64,000 nucleotides of DNA from Candidatus Poribacteria bacterium (lineage in GTDB: Bacteria; Poribacteria; WGA-4E; WGA-3G), in NCBI GenBank assembly GCA_963665235.2, contig CAXXLX010000001.1, positions 320,001 to 384,000 of the forward strand, given 5' to 3'. Shown piece after piece: positions 58,631 to 64,000 of the stretch. The notes under the pieces were generated by a model that was not told where the DNA came from, made no database searches, and was given only the letters and a program-made list of their open reading frames with translations. Within the stretch, counting starts at the first letter, position 1. Each line of letters starts with the position of its first letter. The position numbers were made by a program, and so were the translations under genes.

Positions 58631-61600
58631 TTAGCGCAGAATGGCGAGTTTTCCAACCTTTTGCACGCTACCATCCTCCGTATCGGCGATGACGCGGTAG
58701 AGATAGACCCCGTTAGCGCAGCGCGTCCCTGTCTCATCACGGCAATCCCAGCGGGTTTCGTTGGTGCCCCGATTTGCACTTGCATCTTTAATCGTTCGGA
58801 TGAGCCTACCGTTGACAGTGTAGATTTTGATAGTGACGCTATCGGACATTTGTGCCAGGTGATAGGTGAAGAAGGTGCTACCCGTTTCAACAGGATTTGG
58901 CACGTTGAAGACTTCGCGAAGCGTAACAGCTTCCTGTAACGTGAACGTTGCTGTGACATCCGTTGTGTTTTCGCTTGTATCTGTTGCGGTGACGTGTATC
59001 TGATAGGTGCCGTTTGACAGGTCCGGGGCGAAGTTGATGTTTGCGTTTTGCGGAACGCCTGCTTTGTCGGAAATCAGTTCCCATTTTGCTTCATCAAATT
59101 CGCGATATCGGCGCATATTCTCATCAGCCGCTGTGTTATCCGAAACCCTGTTAAATCTGATGTTCAGGAGCGTGTCGTCAAGTGCGATATCATCTGCAAC
59201 CCGAATCTCACAGCGCGGTTGTTTGGTAATGTGAGTGGCGTTTTCTATAACCCCCATCTCTATTTTGGTGTCATTGACTATAATATCGATGACAGGAGAT
59301 GTGATATCCGGGTTTTGTATGACAGAAAATCGAGTTTTAACGACCTCTGCTTTACCGCCAATAGCATTTCCGTTGAAATCCCGGACCTCAATTTCAAAAA
59401 CGTATTCACCGGGGAAGAAGATGGGTTTATAGTCAATTGGGATAGTGTTAGTATCATCCGTATTCCGGCGAGTGTAATCGGTGACAGGTACGAGCGGGTT
59501 ACCGTTATCGCCTCTCCGGATGGCCAGTGTATCCAGGTCAATTCCATTAGCATCTTGTAGGAGCAGGGAGATGAGGGGCCGTGGCGGAATGACACTGCCA
59601 TCCTGGGGTTGAATGCCATCTACCCAGAGTTTAAAGTCAGGCGGTTCGGTGTCCTCACTATTAATAAGGGTGAACGGAGTCAGTTCTGTTACGTCCGCGC
59701 TAATTGTTGCGACGTTCGCGGTGCTGAATTTCATTTTATCCCCAAAATGGAACGGTTCAGAACCGCCCGTGACGAGTATCTCTAAACCGATGTGGCTGAG
59801 AAAGAGGGGTTTGTTGACCACGCCGACTACTTTGGTATTCGTCACGTTGGGGAGCCGGACCGGTGTACCTGTGTGGTCCCAGATTTCATAATGTTGTTCG
59901 GATGTAAAAAAGAGGAACCAATCTCCAGTCTGGAACGTTTGTTTGAGACCGAGTCGTGCGGTGATGCTGGCTGTGCCGTTGCCTTCGTTTTGATTTCGTA
60001 TTTCAACGAGATAGGCTTTGCCCTCGTCATAGTCTGTTTTAAAGACGAGGATATCCGCAAATTCGAAAGGTCTGCCTTCGGATGGGGTTGAAATTTGCAA
60101 TTCAAGTCCGTAACCTTCTTCTCGGAAGACAGTGTCAAGTTGTCCGATTTCCCCAACTTTGGTTATCGTGTCGATATCGCGTTTTCGTTTGAAGAAAATT
60201 TCGTATCGGGATTCGTCTAAAAAGAGGATGACCCAGGTGGCAGCAGGTGCAAAGCTTGCATCAATTTTTATATGCTCTGTCAGAACTGTTTGTTCGCTAG
60301 CGTTGTCTGCCTGTGTCGGCGTAACGTAGTTGTCGAGCTGGAAGACGGTATTTTCTTCGGATGTCTCGTCCGGTGTGACGTAATGGATGTCGGATGGGAG
60401 CCGTCTCCATTTTTTATAATTTGGCTGCCATGCATAAATTGCAAGTTTTTCTGCTTCGGCAATGAGTGCGTCCTTATACTCTTGACTGCCCTCAGTTGCC
60501 CAAGGCGTTTTTTCTTTTACCGCATCTTCTAACCCGTTAATATCAAATCGCAGTTTAACCCTCGCGGGTTTTTTTAGTGTAGCATTGGCTGTTCGAAATA
60601 TTGCCTCATAGTGTTGGACACCTGGGGCATCTGTGCGCTGGCGGCCGCGCCGTAGTGCAGCGACTCGCGGAATCGGTGCGAATGTGAGCGCAGGCTGTGT
60701 CAGTGGTAAAGGCGCGCTTGTCGAAATAGAGAGCGGCACACGCTGCTGCCCCCCCGTGGCAACAGCTTCCACTGGAAAATGGATATCAAAAACCCTATCG
60801 AGACTTGACGCAGTAAGCGGCTCAGAGGAGGTGTAGTAAAATTCATTGACGACAAAAGAGATGAACTGTTTGTTATCATATTCGCGAGGCTCTGAAATGT
60901 TGCCGCGAATATCATCACTTAGGTCTACATCCGGATCGGCGATTACATAGATTCTATGAGCCCCGGTGGCAAGTGCTTCCTGCAAAACGAGCTCAGCAGT
61001 AGCACTTTGCAGCACAGTGTCCCCTTCAGATTGCCAATCGGATGGGTGAAGCGTGACAGTTCCAATAATGTCCGCGTCTTCATCTATTTGCAGGTCTCCT
61101 TGAAAGTCAGGGTCGCCTTCCGCGAAGACAATTTCAACCTCCGATTTTACTGTTCTGCCCCCGTTGTTAATCAAAAAAGCGACGAGCGCATATTTCTCTG
61201 TCTCCGGATTAAAGATGTAGCGAATAGGGGCACCTTGCGTCGCATCCGTGCGGATAGCGATATTTGGCCCTTCAGGAACATCGACAACGCTCCTTTGATT
61301 TGCTGATGGATATTTAACCTCTAGACCAGTACTGTCGGTTACGCCGATGCGGTACCGAACTTTTCCGCCGCCTTTGGGGAGCGGAATTGGGGTTTGAAGT
61401 TGATACCACTGGCCATTCGGTGGCGTAGGCAGAAGTTCCTGATTGCGCGAAGGTGCCGTAGTTTTTACCATGGCATACGTCTGTGCATCAAGTTGGACAG
61501 TACTATCCCAAACGACCTCTATATTACGGATGCCTTGTGCAGCGCCGAGGTCGTCTAGTACAAGGGCTGTGATATTCAATGTATCGGTTTTTGTTACATC

Positions 61601-64000
61601 TAGCTCCTCAAGGACTTCAGGGATGATAGGTGTATCTATCCAGAACGGTGCTCCGCCGATAGCGGTTCGCTCTTTGTCGTGAGCAAATACGCGAACGACC
61701 CCTCTGCCGGGGACAGCGGTGTTTGGCACGTCAAGTCGAATGGTATTGTATTCGCCTTGCCAGATGCTGCCGGACCGACGCCGGACGATTTCGTTCCCGA
61801 ACGTATCGTCAAAGTGGTTCTGAAAAATAGCGACGGCTTCAACGATTTCTGTGCTAAAGTCTTCTGCTTTCCAAAAGCGTCCATCCGGTCCGAAGGCACC
61901 TATCTCGTTTGCCGTAACAACGATATCCTTGCTGGAGTTTAGCGCGATATGCTCCAATTCAACGGTTATATCGAGGGTCGGACACGCAAGTTTTGTGGCA
62001 GGGTCACCGAGTAAGATATACTGTTCTGTTCCGGGTATCCACTGCTGGTTGCTGATGCGGCTAATGAACCGAATTTTCGCATCGGTAACAATTTGACCGA
62101 TACTGGGCTGGACAGCAGCGGGTGCATTGTGTCCTGGTGCGTTGGACGTTTTGGCAAACATTGCAGTGAATAGGTCGGTGTCAAATTCGGCATTCGCTGT
62201 AGCGTAAGTTAAACGACTCGCGGAGAGGGAAGCGATAGCCCCTTTAGGGCTGTGTAAAAACTGCTCGCTGAGACTATGCCTACCGAATTGTCGCGGTTTA
62301 TCGAATTCGCCATTGAGACAGGTAGTGGTTATCACAAACGGAAGATGGCGGTTTTGTAGGACATCCACATCTTCAATGCGGAAGATAGATTCATCCGCCC
62401 AGGTCTCACTGCCTCCGTGTCCTGCATATTCAATGACAAGCGTGCCTTGGTTGATAGCGGTTCGGATAAGCGAACGGGTTTTTCCAGCGTCATCGATTTT
62501 TCCCAAATAGAGCTGTTTCGTGTTGTAGGCAAGCGGTATAACCTCCTGAATGAGTTTATTGCGGGAGTTCTCAAAAAGCACATCGCCGGGGTTGTCTGAA
62601 TCATCATCGGCAACCTGGACAAGGGTCGCTTGCCAAGGGCCCAGTTGCTGGTTTTTTTCGTAGTTGATTATCTTTCGGACCATCTGGGTCAGCTCCGCTG
62701 GCGTTTGGACAGAGAGCCGCCCGATATGCATATCCGGAAGTGCATCATCTCCGCTGACATTCACAAACCGTTGGTCCATTGCCGTTTCTCCACTTTCTGG
62801 GGCCCATCCGTGATAGGTTGGCACGAAGATGGGGTAAATGTTGTAGTTTGGATTGCGGGCAAAGTGTTTCGCCGTGATGCCCTTGTAATCGTAGTGGGCA
62901 TCGCCAACGAGCAAAACGTAACTGGGAATCGGGTGTTGCCAGGTATGGTAAGCGTATTGCAAAAACTTCTGAATCGCGAACGGCGTGAAAATGCCCCCGC
63001 TAAATTCGTTGTAGATGTCATCTACATCCACGACTTGGACAGTCAACCCCTGTGCTTTCCGAAAATCTACAAGCGGCTGGATGCTATCTAAAAACGTTTT
63101 GTGACTAATTACGATATAGTCGGCTTGCGTTGCGGGGCTAAGCAGCGGGGTCGGCGGTATTTCAGTTAGTGCGCCGACCTGTCTATAAGCGTTGTTCGCA
63201 ATCGCGACGTAGCCGGCCCCTTTTGCCGGTTTGTCCTCAAACAGGATGCTATAGGTGCTCCCGCTCCGTTTAACTTCTCCATCTACTAACTTCGCAGTTA
63301 GGCTTCCGTTCCCTTCTAGGGTGTATACATCTATTGCTGCCGTGGAGAAGTCCGTTACGCGATAATGCCTTATTTCCGTGGAAATGCGCGGGTCCGTATT
63401 TGTATTGAAAAAGAGTCTGTTATTGCGTGCGCGAAAATCGTGCCAATATTCAAATTCGTACCAATCTAGGTAGAAATCGAAATTACCCTCCGGTGTTTTA
63501 TTCTTATCGAGTGCATCGATTTGCAGTGAGTTTTCCAGATTGTGGTGGATGAATTTCTGAGGGATGTCGCGTACTGCTATCTGAAATGCTTGCCGAGTCC
63601 ATTCTGTCTCACCGAATGCGTTGCCGTTTATGTAAAACTTTGCCTTATGACGTGCTACCCCCCGACGCGAGGCTCCTTGGAGTTTGATGCTGAGGATAGC
63701 GTTTCTGTCTATGGTAAATCGTGAAACGGCCCCAGGCAGTACAAAGCCGAATTTTTTCCGACTTTCTTTGCTATTATCGCCTCTGAAACCGGTCCAAAAA
63801 TAGTGGTCCGCCACATCCGAGCGAACATCAACTCCAGTAAGGGGGTTATGATGAACATCTTCTTCGAACCGCTTTTTCGCCAAAAAGGATGTCGGGACAA
63901 CGAGGTCCTGTGTCTGCGGGGTTGCCGAGCGGGTGTTCACACGGAACACTCTATCCTCTTCAGGGGACCCTACAGTCGACGCTGCCCCTTTGTGCGTAAA
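58631..64000 (-). CDS. Large peptidase C25 (gingipain/PorU-like) protein with Ig-like domains and a C-terminal FlgD/T9SS-like domain (5' end outside window)
   Basis: ADYIVISH, IYNEFSGG, YVLLVGD, IGRL, YAGHGG (His), TTTCLNG (Cys), LLGDP; C-terminus NVPNP...IKIYTVNGRLIR...WD...ANGVYLY...KLAILR. Confidence 0.9.
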   Translation of the reverse strand, partial: FTHKGAASTVGSPEEDRVFRVNTRSATPQTQDLVVPTSFLAKKRFEEDVHHNPLTGVDVRSDVADHYFWTGFRGDNSKESRKKFGFVLPGAVSRFTIDRNAILSIKLQGASRRGVARHKAKFYINGNAFGETEWTRQAFQIAVRDIPQKFIHHNLENSLQIDALDKNKTPEGNFDFYLDWYEFEYWHDFRARNNRLFFNTNTDPRISTEIRHYRVTDFSTAAIDVYTLEGNGSLTAKLVDGEVKRSGSTYSILFEDKPAKGAGYVAIANNAYRQVGALTEIPPTPLLSPATQADYIVISHKTFLDSIQPLVDFRKAQGLTVQVVDVDDIYNEFSGGIFTPFAIQKFLQYAYHTWQHPIPSYVLLVGDAHYDYKGITAKHFARNPNYNIYPIFVPTYHGWAPESGETAMDQRFVNVSGDDALPDMHIGRLSVQTPAELTQMVRKIINYEKNQQLGPWQATLVQVADDDSDNPGDVLFENSRNKLIQEVIPLAYNTKQLYLGKIDDAGKTRSLIRTAINQGTLVIEYAGHGGSETWADESIFRIEDVDVLQNRHLPFVITTTCLNGEFDKPRQFGRHSLSEQFLHSPKGAIASLSASRLTYATANAEFDTDLFTAMFAKTSNAPGHNAPAAVQPSIGQIVTDAKIRFISRISNQQWIPGTEQYILLGDPATKLACPTLDITVELEHIALNSSKDIVVTANEIGAFGPDGRFWKAEDFSTEIVEAVAIFQNHFDDTFGNEIVRRRSGSIWQGEYNTIRLDVPNTAVPGRGVVRVFAHDKERTAIGGAPFWIDTPIIPEVLEELDVTKTDTLNITALVLDDLGAAQGIRNIEVVWDSTVQLDAQTYAMVKTTAPSRNQELLPTPPNGQWYQLQTPIPLPKGGGKVRYRIGVTDSTGLEVKYPSANQRSVVDVPEGPNIAIRTDATQGAPIRYIFNPETEKYALVAFLINNGGRTVKSEVEIVFAEGDPDFQGDLQIDEDADIIGTVTLHPSDWQSEGDTVLQSATAELVLQEALATGAHRIYVIADPDVDLSDDIRGNISEPREYDNKQFISFVVNEFYYTSSEPLTASSLDRVFDIHFPVEAVATGGQQRVPLSISTSAPLPLTQPALTFAPIPRVAALRRGRQRTDAPGVQHYEAIFRTANATLKKPARVKLRFDINGLEDAVKEKTPWATEGSQEYKDALIAEAEKLAIYAWQPNYKKWRRLPSDIHYVTPDETSEENTVFQLDNYVTPTQADNASEQTVLTEHIKIDASFAPAATWVILFLDESRYEIFFKRKRDIDTITKVGEIGQLDTVFREEGYGLELQISTPSEGRPFEFADILVFKTDYDEGKAYLVEIRNQNEGNGTASITARLGLKQTFQTGDWFLFFTSEQHYEIWDHTGTPVRLPNVTNTKVVGVVNKPLFLSHIGLEILVTGGSEPFHFGDKMKFSTANVATISADVTELTPFTLINSEDTEPPDFKLWVDGIQPQDGSVIPPRPLISLLLQDANGIDLDTLAIRRGDNGNPLVPVTDYTRRNTDDTNTIPIDYKPIFFPGEYVFEIEVRDFNGNAIGGKAEVVKTRFSVIQNPDITSPVIDIIVNDTKIEMGVIENATHITKQPRCEIRVADDIALDDTLLNIRFNRVSDNTAADENMRRYREFDEAKWELISDKAGVPQNANINFAPDLSNGTYQIHVTATDTSENTTDVTATFTLQEAVTLREVFNVPNPVETGSTFFTYHLAQMSDSVTIKIYTVNGRLIRTIKDASANRGTNETRWDCRDETGTRCANGVYLYRVIADTEDGSVQKVGKLAILR

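Overview
Bacterial genomic window, most likely from Candidatus Poribacteria or a close relative. This is an inference from several sulfatases, cohesin/dockerin, LamG, ankyrin, TPR and PD40 proteins, and a recurrent C-terminal V-x-P/S-x-x-KL-x-x-x-W-x-x-(L/I)K tail. Core genes (serS, folB, moaD/moaE, rimI, argE-like, tRNA-Asp, tRNA-Val, amidase) are interleaved with accessory DNA. The accessory parts are: (1) a tandem duplication of a TolB-like propeller gene with a covarying leader hairpin; (2) an IS605/TnpB element split by a ~4 kb ISKra4-type cargo transposon bounded by a 9-bp target duplication; (3) an orphan HEARO/IscB omega-RNA element sitting between an RBS and its ATG; (4) an IS4/IS701-like element that duplicated a TATAAT box; (5) a defence island (Type ISP R-M, GxxExxY nuclease inside an array of ~150-bp palindromic units, DUF4209/HEPN-like protein, FRG-TPR protein); (6) a decayed ECF-sigma/secreted-protein/TolB cassette; (7) an uncharacterised Rieske-fusion/ankyrin/Rieske-fusion/HhH operon; and (8) a large C25 gingipain/PorU-like protein running off the window end. 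Several MITE and REP-like repeat families are dispersed through the intergenic DNA. No CRISPR array, integron integrase or reverse transcriptase was found. All family assignments come from motif recognition, not database searches.
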